Assembly (NCBI GenBank): GCA_963677485.1
Contig: OY781964.1
Location: 1,568,001-1,632,000, forward strand
Source of the DNA: Armatimonadota bacterium
Lineage (GTDB): Bacteria > Armatimonadota > HRBIN16
Length of the DNA: 64,000 bases
Direction: 5' to 3'
Each line of letters starts with the position of its first letter. The stretch's first letter is position 1. Of this stretch, positions 9,090 to 19,640 are shown piece after piece. The notes below the pieces were generated by a model. That model was not told the origin of the DNA and searched no databases. It saw only the letters and a program-made list of their open reading frames with translations. The translations under genes and the position numbers were made by a program.

Positions 9090-9460
9090 CAATTGCCCAC
9101 AAATCCAGATTGGGATCGTATCGACCATGTTCCGCGACATAAATGTCTCGGCTATTGATCAACAAGCAACCGCCCGTGCTGGCACGGCAGCCTATCCTGT
9201 AACGGATACGGTCGTAGGGGCGTCCCTTGTGGGCGCCCTAATCGTTGTTTACTCGATGACTATGTTTAGGGCGCCCACAAGGGACGCCCCTACGACCAGT
9301 TACTTACAAGCCCGCTAAACCGGGCTGCGGAGCTCCTTGCCGACAAAGATAACGTTAATAAAGACTGCTTCAGCAGTCTTGGTGTTCAATAGCCGAGACA
9401 TTTATGTCGCGGAATCGGTGACCTACTGGCCATGCAATATTTGTGGGTAATAGACTGGGG
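9090..9460. repeat. Nested inverted-repeat (MITE/REPIN-like) element containing a REP doublet
   Basis: Outer IR ttccgcgacataaatgtctcggctattga (~9129) / tcaatagccgagacatttatgtcgcggaa (~9386-9414). Inner IR gtaggggcgtcccttgtgggcgccct (9214) / agggcgcccacaagggacgcccctac (to 9293). Confidence 0.85.
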
Positions 9461-9576
9461 GCTTTCAGCCCGCGGTAGGCCAACGATCGATATATGTTGT
9501 ATATATGGCTCCGATATATGCGTGGGCCATAGACTACGCTTTACCGAATGGCAGACAAGCTACCCGGCGCATCGGC

Positions 9577-10338
9577 CTATCTCAGCTTCAGCAACTCAGG
9601 CACCGTGACCAGCCGGTATCCCTGCTTTTTCAATCCTTCGATCAAAATCGGCAAGGCCTCGATGCTCTTTTCACGTGAGATGGGATGACAGGGCTGCCCG
9701 TCATGCGCCAGTATGATATCGCCTGGACGCACCTTGTTCAGCACCCGATCAGCCATCTGCTGTGGTGTGTGGCAGGTGTGGTGCTCCAGCGCCAGACTCC
9801 AGAGCACAATCTTATAACCCTCATCCATCGCCGCCAGGAAAGTATCGCCGTCCCAAAGCCCTTTCGGTGGTCTGAACATTTTTGGCTGCTGACCGGTCAC
9901 CAGTTTGATTTCCGCACCTGCTCGTTTCACCTCGTTGATGTCTTGATTCAAACGCTCTGCTGTCATGCTAGGATGATCCCACGTATGGTTGCCTATGGCG
10001 AAACCGGCATCCCGCTCCTGCCGCGCGATCTCAGGGTTCAACTGCACCTCTTTACCCACCAAAAACACAGTGAACGGCACGTTGTATTTGCGTGCCATTG
10101 CCAGCACCCTTGGGGTATATTTGGAATCAGGCCCATCATCCAGGGTGATGGCAACCACCTTCTGTTTGGTGTGGCTGCGCCAGATGATTTCGCCAGATGT
10201 CTTCTCCCAGTTCTTGAACAGCAGTTGCGCTTCATGCCGTTCTTGCTGCCAACCCACCATGGCCCTGATTGTGACCAAAATGAGCAGAACCATCCAAACC
10301 TTTTGCAGGTTGATCCGTTGCAGAGGCTTAGTTGTCAT
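9577..10338 (-). CDS. Polysaccharide deacetylase (NodB/CE4) with N-terminal anchor
   Basis: TLDDGP, NHTWDH, FRPPKG, IILAHD. Confidence 0.93.
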   Translation of the reverse strand: MTTKPLQRINLQKVWMVLLILVTIRAMVGWQQERHEAQLLFKNWEKTSGEIIWRSHTKQKVVAITLDDGPDSKYTPRVLAMARKYNVPFTVFLVGKEVQLNPEIARQERDAGFAIGNHTWDHPSMTAERLNQDINEVKRAGAEIKLVTGQQPKMFRPPKGLWDGDTFLAAMDEGYKIVLWSLALEHHTCHTPQQMADRVLNKVRPGDIILAHDGQPCHPISREKSIEALPILIEGLKKQGYRLVTVPELLKLR

Positions 10339-10411
10339 CGGTCATGTCACTCCAGTGTCGGTTGGTCGTAATGAACGGTACCCGCCATGGACCACCGCAT
10401 TCATGCATGAT

Positions 10412-12481
10412 TCATTTCCGGTCGCTCCCTGCTGTGCTCACCGTCAGATCCTGGACTACGCACTGCCCGTTCCAGTTAAACGATAGCTGCCCAGATCGAT
10501 AGTTATAGGCGTGGATGGATACCGCGTGGGCATCATTGATGAAACACTCGATGATGTCGTTATTGACAAAGGCACGCACATCAATCGGCTTCGATGTATC
10601 CAGCTTGCAGTTAAACTTCGCGGAGCGGTTCACGCTGTTTTTCAACTCGATGGTGCCCGTGGCAGGGTTCACGACCAGTTGATAACCCGAGTCGGCTTTG
10701 CCTGGCTGCTGACGGAACCCAATGGTGACAACAGAGTTCTGCTCCACATTAAGCTGACAGTGAAGTATGTAGTTCGCGGGTACCTTGAGCTCTTTCGTCT
10801 CTTCAAGTTCGGGACTCAGGCCGGTTACCGGTTCTTTAAAATAGTTGACCACTTCTTGGACCGGCCGTTGGTGCAGCTCCCCGTCTTTACCAGCGTAGAT
10901 TTCCCTGGCCATCGACAGCGTGCCGCCCCATTTGCCGTCCCCTTCGTCTACAAAGCCCTCTTGATCCCACATCCAGCCCCATATGATGTTCCGCTTGCCG
11001 TCATATGCCCCCTTGGGCACCTCCAGCAGACCAACACCGTAAGGCACCATCTGCGCACGATATGGCCCGCCAGGCTGATCGGAAACGGTATACAACTGGC
11101 CTGCCGCAATGATGTACCACTTGCCGTCCATGGTCATGATGTGCGGGCAGTCCAGGCTGTAGTCGGCGACATACACTGGCTGTTGAGGTGTCCACTTCAT
11201 CAGGTCATCGGAGGTGTAAAGCCCAACCGCGGCTTTTGAGCCCTGTACGGTGCAGGTGTGAAGCAGCATCCACCACTTCTTGGCGGCTTCATTCCAAAAC
11301 ACCTCTGGGTCGCGGAACGCCTGATGGTGGTAGGGCTGGTAGGCATCGATGGCGCCGTTCACCGGTTTGCTCCAGTAAATCTGACCATCAGCGTAGAAGG
11401 TGAGCCCAAGCTGCTTCTCCCAGGTGATCAGGTCCTTGCTGGTGGCATGCATCACTTTTTGGTCACCGAGTGGGTCGCCACTGTTCTTACCGGTGTAGAA
11501 TATGTGGAACAGCCCATCATGCTCCACCACGCTTCCAGTCCAGATTCCTTCGTAATCCGGACCCAGCTTATCGTCACCTGGCACCAAGGCGTGGGGCAGC
11601 TCTTTCCAGTGGATGAGGTCTTTGCTGACTACATGCGCCCAGGGTGATCTGGCGGGGTCGCCACCCTTCAGATAGAAAACATGATATTCCCCGCGCCAGT
11701 AAAACGGGATGGGGTCACCCACAAACCCGGGTTCATGGGGCCGGTAGTTGATGGTAGACGTAATGATCGGCTTTTTAGTTTCGGTCGTGCGGGCCATCAT
11801 GAATGCTCCTTTACCGTTCAATATGAGCGCGCCGTTTTTGATGCGTGCCCCGCCCTGAAGGCTGGCATATTTATATACGCTCATTCGGTCATGAAGTGTT
11901 TTGTCGCTAAAGCACCACCAGGCTAACGGATCCACACCCGTCTTTTTACCGATCTTCTGTTCAGCGATCTGGGTCGGTGTGAGCGCGGTATTATAGATGC
12001 GCGCATCGAGCACCGCACCGTTGAAGAAAGGCGTGCCGCCGGCATCCATATGGCGCTTGCCGATGAGAACCGTGCTGGCAGCAGGAAATGTCAGTGGCTG
12101 AGTGGTGGTATAAGCCGCGTATGGCTGGCCGTTGCGGTAGATACTGACCTGGTTTCCTTTATAGACTATGGCGATCTGAACCACAGCTTTCGGACCAGCA
12201 TTTTCCACAGGCGAGGCACTTTGGCCACCCTGTGTCCGTGCCCAGTTTTCACTGCCCGCCATCCACTTGCGGGGAGTGTTTTCTCCGAATACGATCGAAT
12301 CAAACTGACCACCGCCGCGCTCCAGGGTGAGCACCCCGCTGCCGGTCTGTTTCAGCTCTGCGAGTTTGACCCAGGCCATCAGGGTTTTGTTCTCGATATT
12401 CGAACTCATCGCGGGAAGGCAGGTGGTCGCCAGTGCAGCCGATAGCAGCGCGACAGAGGATACAATCTTGTGCCGAGTCAT
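10412..12481 (-). CDS. Secreted GH32-family glycoside hydrolase with N-terminal LamG-like domain
   Basis: Signal peptide; GDPIPF, WAHVVSKDLIHW, WTGS, FRDP, DCP; C-terminal beta-sandwich (IIECFIND). Confidence 0.85.
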   Translation of the reverse strand: MTRHKIVSSVALLSAALATTCLPAMSSNIENKTLMAWVKLAELKQTGSGVLTLERGGGQFDSIVFGENTPRKWMAGSENWARTQGGQSASPVENAGPKAVVQIAIVYKGNQVSIYRNGQPYAAYTTTQPLTFPAASTVLIGKRHMDAGGTPFFNGAVLDARIYNTALTPTQIAEQKIGKKTGVDPLAWWCFSDKTLHDRMSVYKYASLQGGARIKNGALILNGKGAFMMARTTETKKPIITSTINYRPHEPGFVGDPIPFYWRGEYHVFYLKGGDPARSPWAHVVSKDLIHWKELPHALVPGDDKLGPDYEGIWTGSVVEHDGLFHIFYTGKNSGDPLGDQKVMHATSKDLITWEKQLGLTFYADGQIYWSKPVNGAIDAYQPYHHQAFRDPEVFWNEAAKKWWMLLHTCTVQGSKAAVGLYTSDDLMKWTPQQPVYVADYSLDCPHIMTMDGKWYIIAAGQLYTVSDQPGGPYRAQMVPYGVGLLEVPKGAYDGKRNIIWGWMWDQEGFVDEGDGKWGGTLSMAREIYAGKDGELHQRPVQEVVNYFKEPVTGLSPELEETKELKVPANYILHCQLNVEQNSVVTIGFRQQPGKADSGYQLVVNPATGTIELKNSVNRSAKFNCKLDTSKPIDVRAFVNNDIIECFINDAHAVSIHAYNYRSGQLSFNWNGQCVVQDLTVSTAGSDRK

Positions 12482-12579
12482 GTTCTACCTCAGATATCTA
12501 TTTACAGCTGATGCCTGATGCCAGTGTACCTTACTTACTCTATATCACGCAGAACCTTCTGAACTGTCAGACTGCGCAG

Positions 12580-15084
12580 TCATGGTTTGGCAGGATATCC
12601 AAACACATCGAAGGCGGTAATACAGGCCGTATTGCCCACTGCCCCGGGCTGCTGGCTTTTGGTCACCCGCAACTGCACAAACCGCACCGGATCGGAACCC
12701 GATACGGGTAGGTCCACCCAGTCCTGTGTGTTCTCCTTGAACTCCGCCAGTTTTCGGTAGTCCACCCCATTGATGCTGCCATAGAGCTCTGCGGCAGCAG
12801 CGTTGAGCTGATGCGGCAGGAATGTGCCCGCCAGATGCGTACGCCAGCGTGTGATGATGGATGGCGCAGCCAGCTCTACGGTCAATATGTGAGGGCCGCT
12901 GCCTTCCTTGCTTTGCCAGAATGTGCGTGTGTCACCGTCGAGTGCATCCGCCGGACGGTGCCCTGTAGCAATACTGCTCGCGAACGCTGGACGTTTTGTG
13001 GTCAGTGACTGCTCCAGATGTATATCCAACCTCTCAGCCCCGACCGTAAACGGTCGGTTGTTGAAGGTGAGCTGCTGGGATAGACCGTACATATCCACCT
13101 TGCCTTTGAATGTATCGTCAAACTCCGCCCACAGCGACTGCTTGTTACCCCCACCGGTGACGAAAAAGCCGTAGAAGTTGATCTGGCCACCACCGCGAAA
13201 CCGAACAGCCTCTACCTTGGGCACATCGAACACGGTGCTCCAGAACTTCGCATCACGGCATCCCCCACGTCCCTGGTCAATGAACTCCATATAACGGTGC
13301 GGCGCGAAACCGGCCAGATGGAAACTGCGCAGGTTCGTGCAGTCGCCAAACTCGTATTGCACCGAATGATCGTCCAGATATCCCTGTATGGCCGCTACGA
13401 TTTTGTTGCCCGGCACATCGGGGTAGGCGGTCAACACGCGGTAATCCGAGCTGTGCACGCCGTAATCCATGTTGATATTCTCCAGCAGCACACGATCGGA
13501 GTTCGCCCCCACACGGATGCCGGTGTGGTAGGGTGTGGCCCACACATTGACCACCTGCGCCCGGTCGCATCGGGCCTGTCCCAGGTCAATGGCATTGTAG
13601 GCATTAGGCAGCACGGTGTCGTATATGTATAACTCGCGTCCCAACCCGCGGATGGCGTATGGGTAGGTCGAGACGGCCAGCTTCACGTCTGGGCCGGTTT
13701 CGTAGATGTTCTTCGCATGGCAGACCGCCACTCCGCGAAGCCCCGCTCTGGCCTTCATGTTGATGGCCGCCGGTGCATCCTCCGGGTCGTTTGACCGCTC
13801 ATCGAAGCCGATGATCAGCGTGCTGACGTCCAGATACCAGGCCCTGACCCCCACACCCAGATAGCCCCCTCGTAGCTCCACACCGGAGGGGATGGTGATG
13901 GGTGCTCTTAGCACCGTCCAGCCATGGGGCAGCAGCACGGTCCCGCCGCCGTTGGCCCCCGCTTTGTCCAGAGCACGCTGCAGTGCGGCGGTGTCGTCAC
14001 TGATCTTGTCAGCCTTCACCCCGAAATCGGTCGCCTGGTAGACATCACGCTTCGCGGCCTGCCGGAGAGTGGCGAATCGGTAGCTCTTATGCTGCAACTG
14101 GGGGTAGTTATCGAGGTCGAAATAGTGGGTGCCAAAGTACCAGCCGCCCTCCACGTCGGTGCGCCGACCTTTCACTTTACCGATGCCACCGCCGAAACCA
14201 TACTGGCTGCGGTCGGTCATCATGTATTTCACATCGTCCTCATCAAGCTTCACTAACACCGGAGTTTTGGCTTCGGCTAGATCCGCGTTGTAGAGTGACA
14301 GCCCATCCACTTTCGCCACCTGAACCGCCACCAGCTCATCTGCCACAGATCGGCGCAGTTTGGCGGCGTCCACACGGCTCATCCGTGCCTCCGGTAGGCG
14401 TGCCCAGTAGTCGCTGTTTAGGCGGATATTGTAGCAGGAGCACAGCTCGCTGGAGCTCTTCAGCACGATGCCGCGCTTCAGCACCGTTCCATACACGCTC
14501 GAGACGCTGCTGCCGCTGAATGGCGCCATCATGATGCCCTGATAGCTGTTCACCAAGGTGATGTTGTGGATGTAGGAGACATTGCCCTGGATGCTAAACG
14601 GGTAGGAGATGGGCTCTGCGGCACTTTGCTCAGGGTAGTATATCGTCAGGTTGAAGGCATTCGCATGACCCAGCTCCTGGCTGGACAGCAGTGCGGGACC
14701 ATCCGATTTACCCTGATCGGCATACGCCAGCAGAACCGTTCCGGAGAGGGGCCGACCGGGCTGCGGCTTCCGCCACTCGCCGCAGAGGGTCACCGTTGCT
14801 GGCAAGGAGATATGGTGCTCGAGACGGTATCGTCCAACCGGCAGGAAGGCTGTGCCGCCGCCATGCCCGTTCACGTCATTGACCATCTTCTGGATGGCTG
14901 CCGATGCGTCAGTTTTGCCAGTGTTGTCCGCATGATACGGTGCATCTGTGACTACCGCTGCTGCCACCACCAGCTCACCGTTGCTATAGATCGGTTGATA
15001 GCATTTGCCCACATCCGCCACGCCCATTTTGGTGATCAAGGCCACCATGATCATCGTCAGCCATATCGATCGATTCATCATCAA
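12580..15084 (-). CDS. Secreted protein with two pectate_lyase_3-type beta-helix domains (GH55-like) and a C-terminal F5/8 type C domain
   Basis: ADNTGKTDASAAIQ and ADKISDDTAALQRALD cap motifs; ALDGDTRTFW discoidin motif. Confidence 0.75.
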   Translation of the reverse strand: MMMNRSIWLTMIMVALITKMGVADVGKCYQPIYSNGELVVAAAVVTDAPYHADNTGKTDASAAIQKMVNDVNGHGGGTAFLPVGRYRLEHHISLPATVTLCGEWRKPQPGRPLSGTVLLAYADQGKSDGPALLSSQELGHANAFNLTIYYPEQSAAEPISYPFSIQGNVSYIHNITLVNSYQGIMMAPFSGSSVSSVYGTVLKRGIVLKSSSELCSCYNIRLNSDYWARLPEARMSRVDAAKLRRSVADELVAVQVAKVDGLSLYNADLAEAKTPVLVKLDEDDVKYMMTDRSQYGFGGGIGKVKGRRTDVEGGWYFGTHYFDLDNYPQLQHKSYRFATLRQAAKRDVYQATDFGVKADKISDDTAALQRALDKAGANGGGTVLLPHGWTVLRAPITIPSGVELRGGYLGVGVRAWYLDVSTLIIGFDERSNDPEDAPAAINMKARAGLRGVAVCHAKNIYETGPDVKLAVSTYPYAIRGLGRELYIYDTVLPNAYNAIDLGQARCDRAQVVNVWATPYHTGIRVGANSDRVLLENINMDYGVHSSDYRVLTAYPDVPGNKIVAAIQGYLDDHSVQYEFGDCTNLRSFHLAGFAPHRYMEFIDQGRGGCRDAKFWSTVFDVPKVEAVRFRGGGQINFYGFFVTGGGNKQSLWAEFDDTFKGKVDMYGLSQQLTFNNRPFTVGAERLDIHLEQSLTTKRPAFASSIATGHRPADALDGDTRTFWQSKEGSGPHILTVELAAPSIITRWRTHLAGTFLPHQLNAAAAELYGSINGVDYRKLAEFKENTQDWVDLPVSGSDPVRFVQLRVTKSQQPGAVGNTACITAFDVFGYPAKP

Positions 15085-15115
15085 ACTCCTTCGCGTCTAC
15101 GCGTGAAACAATCCC

Positions 15116-17779
15116 TCAGTGCCGTGACCAGTCGATCTTCATCTGCTCACGCGCGCCGATGGCCTGCTTAATGGGCCACGAGGCGCGCAGCTCACTCTTG
15201 TATGGCCCGATCTTCTCTACAGGGATCGGCTGGAATCCCAGCTTGAACGCGGGTGAGTTGGGCTTCAGCCGGTAGTCGTCAGCCGCGCGATTCACAAACA
15301 GCGGGTCGGCTATGACGGAGTGCTTGTCCAGACCTTTCGCCTGCCAGGCTTCCCATTCCGACATCGTATCGGCTTTGCGCTGCTCCACATCGTCAACCCA
15401 CAGGCTGCCTGTCGCCTGAGAGATATCAATGCGGATTCGCACTGTTGACATGTCGGCGTGCCAGTCGGGGTCACCTTTGGCTGGGAAGCGGAAGACGGTT
15501 TCGATCTGCTTCCACTCTGGACCAGCCGTGAAGCTGTTGTATTTCGCCCAGAAGTATTTGTTTGCGAGATAGGCTTGCGGCATGATCGTGCCGGGCGTGG
15601 GCACATCGGCACGCACCCTGGCACTCAGCCGGTAAGTCTGGCCGGGGATCAGCGTGATACCCTTTGTTACGAAGTTCACGTTCAGTGTCTGGCCGCTGGA
15701 GTCGGTTGTCGTGCCATGAGCATCGAGCCGTAGCGACTGCTTGCCAGAATGTTTCACGGTGGGGTCGAGTTGCGCGGACGAATCACCCGGCTTGATCTGC
15801 CACTCCCAGCCCTCGGGCAAACCGCCCGCGTCACCTGCTTCGAAACCCGGATTCGGCACCAGGTTGGGCCCTGTCAGCCCCTTCAGGCTGGTGACGCCGG
15901 TCAGCAGAGGAGCTTTGTTGTGCCAGATCAAGTTGTAGTCTGAGACCGTCCGATCGAACGGTAGGTTGTAGTGCTCATAGAGTTTCGCTTTGGGTTCGCT
16001 GTAGCTCACGATGTTGCGCACAAACCGGTTGTCGGCCATCTTCCAGGCGTCGTCCAGGCCCTTGGTCAGCCGCTCGTAGCCCGGGTATTTCAGATACGCC
16101 GACGTGCCCGAAAACTGCTTCCATGTCTCGGTCATCATGGGCACAGGGTGGCCCCCCTGCACATAACCGCTGTATTGCACCTGGCTGTCACGCCCATCCA
16201 CCAGTATGTTGTTCTCAATCACGTTGTCGCGCCCGCCGTGCACATGCACCCCGCCCAAAATGGTGCGCGCCACGATGTTGCCATACACATGCGTGCCGCA
16301 GGTGCCGTCATCCAGGTAGATACCCCAGTTCATGTGCGGGCTGGTCCACTTGCCGTTCTCCTGACCGAAGCCGATGATATCATGCAGGTAGTTGTAGCGG
16401 ATCTGTGTGCCGCGTTTGGTCCAGTCCACCTGCCAGCAGTAGATCGCGCCGCAATCGGCCGTCTCCAGATTGCAGTGGCGTATCTCGTTGTATTCGATGA
16501 TGTGGTCATTACCGCTCCAACCGATGCCGAAACGCGGCAAATCATGCATCAGGTTGTGAGAGATGCGGTTGCCCACGCCATTGAGCTGCACCCCGACGCC
16601 CTGCTTAAAGTAAATTCCGGTATGGTGGATATAGTTGTTATCGGCATAGTTGCCCGCGGGCTTCAACGTCACCCGATCGCGGCCATCGATACTCACCGCA
16701 TCACGGCCGATGTCATGGATATCGCAGCCCACCACCCCGTTGCGCTCTCCGCCATTGATGACCACCCCGGAGCCATAGAAGTCGCCCACATTGCGGATGG
16801 TGCAGGCGGCGATCCGGCAATTCACGGTCTTTTCCATCTCGATCGCATTGCCTTCGCAGCATTCGAACGTGAAGCCGCGGAAGCTGATGTTCGACGCGCC
16901 CTCCTGAAGCTTGAGTATCGTGCGCACAGCCGGTGCCGAAACGCTCATTGTGGCCGGGTTGACACCTTCAGGGGGCCAGAAATAGAGCGTTTTGGTCTGT
17001 GCATCAAGATACCACTCTCCCGGCGCGTCCAGCTCCTCAAGAAGGTTCTGCACAAAATAGCGGTCGCCGGGCCGGATGGCGTAGGAGGCGTTGGCACTGA
17101 GCGTGATGCTGCGCGTAGCTTTGTCGACTGAGGCGATACGGATGATGTCGTTCCACCAGTTGTATCTTGGAAAGATCATCACCTCAGCCTGCTCAGGGTG
17201 CGCCCATTGGCGGGCATCGGCCTCGCGATACTGAAGCAGTTTCATCGATTCGCCTGGGACATCGGCGTATAACGGCACCGGTTTGCCATCCACATAAGCC
17301 CAGCCGCCGGTGACAGGATTGTTGGCGTCACGGTTGGGGTAGCGGGCCAGATCCATGCGGTGGCCATTGCACAGCAACTGCCGGAAGTTGATATCAGCAA
17401 ACCCCTGCGCGCCCACATCCGCCTTCAGTATCTTGCCCTTGTATGGCACGAAACCGCTGATCGGCTTGCCGCCAATGAGAAAGACCTTCTCGCCGGGGTA
17501 CGCCTGCCACACCACCGGAGCTTTCTCGGTGCCGGAATCAGCCGCAGTTAATGCCAAAGTAGCAGGCAGTTCATAGACGCCGGCCCGAACCTGCACTGTC
17601 ACCGGCTCGGTCTTGTTCATAGTTCGCAGCTTCGTCTGAGCAGCAGCCAGTGTGGCCATCGGCCTGGCTTTCGTGCCCGGGTTGGCATCGCTGCCGGTGG
17701 GTGATACGTAGAGCTCCGCGGCAGAGGTTTGGAGGCCTAACAGTATGATTGCAGTTACAAAGAGGAACAGAGACTTCAT
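15116..17779 (-). CDS. Secreted right-handed beta-helix protein (GH141/GH110-like) with an inserted CBM4/9-like domain
   Basis: YVSPTGSDANPG, ELDAPGEWY, DCGAIY, GIYLDD; NLVPNPGFE...LWVDDV. Confidence 0.8.
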   Translation of the reverse strand: MKSLFLFVTAIILLGLQTSAAELYVSPTGSDANPGTKARPMATLAAAQTKLRTMNKTEPVTVQVRAGVYELPATLALTAADSGTEKAPVVWQAYPGEKVFLIGGKPISGFVPYKGKILKADVGAQGFADINFRQLLCNGHRMDLARYPNRDANNPVTGGWAYVDGKPVPLYADVPGESMKLLQYREADARQWAHPEQAEVMIFPRYNWWNDIIRIASVDKATRSITLSANASYAIRPGDRYFVQNLLEELDAPGEWYLDAQTKTLYFWPPEGVNPATMSVSAPAVRTILKLQEGASNISFRGFTFECCEGNAIEMEKTVNCRIAACTIRNVGDFYGSGVVINGGERNGVVGCDIHDIGRDAVSIDGRDRVTLKPAGNYADNNYIHHTGIYFKQGVGVQLNGVGNRISHNLMHDLPRFGIGWSGNDHIIEYNEIRHCNLETADCGAIYCWQVDWTKRGTQIRYNYLHDIIGFGQENGKWTSPHMNWGIYLDDGTCGTHVYGNIVARTILGGVHVHGGRDNVIENNILVDGRDSQVQYSGYVQGGHPVPMMTETWKQFSGTSAYLKYPGYERLTKGLDDAWKMADNRFVRNIVSYSEPKAKLYEHYNLPFDRTVSDYNLIWHNKAPLLTGVTSLKGLTGPNLVPNPGFEAGDAGGLPEGWEWQIKPGDSSAQLDPTVKHSGKQSLRLDAHGTTTDSSGQTLNVNFVTKGITLIPGQTYRLSARVRADVPTPGTIMPQAYLANKYFWAKYNSFTAGPEWKQIETVFRFPAKGDPDWHADMSTVRIRIDISQATGSLWVDDVEQRKADTMSEWEAWQAKGLDKHSVIADPLFVNRAADDYRLKPNSPAFKLGFQPIPVEKIGPYKSELRASWPIKQAIGAREQMKIDWSRH

Positions 17780-17862
17780 GCCATTGTCCTTATTTGAGTG
17801 ATGGTATTATGATTGTTTTACGCCTGAGACTCAACATGAACGAGCATACGACCGTCATTCAC

Positions 17863-18531
17863 TCACAACCGTTCAAGTGTTGTCACCCATTCATTGAAAT
17901 GCCGGCACCTGGTTCTTAGTGTTGGCAAGCCGATCTTCGAAGCCACAGAGACACCGGCGTTTGCCTTATCATAATCCTCAATCTCACTAGTGATGCGCCT
18001 GGACGGAGCAGTGGTATAGCCGTCATCGATGAGCTCCGGGTTCTGGTCACCGACCATCGTGACAATGTTGTTGATAGGTTTGTCGTGATCACCATATTCC
18101 CATTCCAGTTTCCTCGGGTCAGCCAGTATGAGTGCCTCAAATTCATGGAGCTGGATATAAGGAATAAATACATTACTGCCAATGTCGTCATACAGGGCAT
18201 CCTCAAGCAGCCGAACTCGAGTATAAGGATCAGACTCCGCCTTGGCATGTGCATACCCTGGAAAGTCATCAGGAAGAGCGTACAAATCGAACATCGTAGT
18301 GAATCGGCATTCAGGTGCTTGATCTTCTTTCATCCAGGTGAGGATATCTGCTTTGGCCTTTTGATAGCTGACCAAACCACCACGAAACTCCCTGGAGGTA
18401 CGGTGATCTTTACTGGTCAGCACGCAACGCGAATAGGCGAACACATCGTATTGAGCCAGGTGAGGTGCCAATACCATCGTGACGAAGTTCCGTTCTGCTT
18501 GCCCCTCAGCCGTGACCAGCAGCCGAATCAT
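17863..18531 (-). CDS. DUF4276-family (TOPRIM-like) protein
   Basis: Probable start MIRLLVTAEGQ at 18531, an ATGA overlap with the ATPase stop; VTAEG, TTMFDLY, HEFEALILAD, TAPS. Confidence 0.8.
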   Translation of the reverse strand: MIRLLVTAEGQAERNFVTMVLAPHLAQYDVFAYSRCVLTSKDHRTSREFRGGLVSYQKAKADILTWMKEDQAPECRFTTMFDLYALPDDFPGYAHAKAESDPYTRVRLLEDALYDDIGSNVFIPYIQLHEFEALILADPRKLEWEYGDHDKPINNIVTMVGDQNPELIDDGYTTAPSRRITSEIEDYDKANAGVSVASKIGLPTLRTRCRHFNEWVTTLERL

Positions 18532-19640
18532 GGCTGTCCCCCCAGCACGTTCTTTTCCCACAACTCAGACAGGCTATACCTCTCCATCCATTCGCTCAGC
18601 TTGACGGCATCGAGCTTTTTGAACACAGAACAACGATTGTCAGTGTCGCGTTCCACAACCAGGATCACCTCGGGAGAGAACTCATCTACCAGTCGGGTTG
18701 ACTGCGTGGCTACCAGTACCTGTGCCTTCTGTGATGCCGATTTAATCATGGCGGCAAGCTGAGCGATGGCCGCAGGATGGAGGCCGAGTTCTGGTTCGTC
18801 CAACACGATGAACTTAGGCATGAGGGCCGGAGGCTGCATCAGAAGAGTCGCGAGTGCCATGAACCGCAGCGATCCATCTGATATCTGATCTGGATCAAAC
18901 AAGTAGTCTTGCCCACTGGAATCCGTCCAGTTAAGCCTCACATATTTGTCATTTTCGGGGACAAGGCTCAGCACGAAGTCACCAAACTGCGGCATCATGC
19001 GCTGTATGTGTCTCACTATCCGCTCATAGTAAGCCCGGTAATCCGGATGGGTCTTCATCATGCGTAAAAAGGCCGCCAGGTTGCTCCCATCACTTCGTAG
19101 ATAAGCCGCATCATCTACGTAACCCCTGTCCTTGATTTTCGCTGTATCCGAGGTATCGTGGAACTGGTAGGTTCGTATCTCTGAAAGCAGCTTGAAGATC
19201 GCCTCACTGGTTGTCCTCTCATCAGTACCCAGGCTGATTTCTGCGCCTCCGCCATGGAGGTAGTATTCCTGATCCCGGTCTTTATCTTCCCTATGACACG
19301 CCACCTTTTCGCCACTGACAAACAGGCGGTCTGGGAGACCGTGTGAGAGTATGAACTCATAGGTATCAATAGAAGATTCATCATCGAAGGAAAGAGTCAC
19401 CGATATAGATTCTGTGATTTTTGGCCCATAATACAGAAGCCGACTGGCTCCCTGCTTGCCAACATATTGCTGTAATTTACCCGTCGTCATAGAGTTCAGC
19501 ATCTTAAAAAAGGCGATCAGATTACTTTTTCCCGAGCCGTTGGCACCCAGCATCACCGTCAAATCCCCAAGGGGTATGGTCTGCCCCTGCTGGCCATCCA
19601 CCGACTTAAAGCCTTTGATGAGGATCTGGCTAAGTTTCAA
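18528..19640 (-). CDS. AAA_21/AAA_15 ABC-type ATPase
   Basis: IKGFKS, GANGSGKS, ISDGSLRF, LDEPELGLHP, ATQS; TTG start after AGGAG. Confidence 0.92.
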   Translation of the reverse strand: MKLSQILIKGFKSVDGQQGQTIPLGDLTVMLGANGSGKSNLIAFFKMLNSMTTGKLQQYVGKQGASRLLYYGPKITESISVTLSFDDESSIDTYEFILSHGLPDRLFVSGEKVACHREDKDRDQEYYLHGGGAEISLGTDERTTSEAIFKLLSEIRTYQFHDTSDTAKIKDRGYVDDAAYLRSDGSNLAAFLRMMKTHPDYRAYYERIVRHIQRMMPQFGDFVLSLVPENDKYVRLNWTDSSGQDYLFDPDQISDGSLRFMALATLLMQPPALMPKFIVLDEPELGLHPAAIAQLAAMIKSASQKAQVLVATQSTRLVDEFSPEVILVVERDTDNRCSVFKKLDAVKLSEWMERYSLSELWEKNVLGGQP

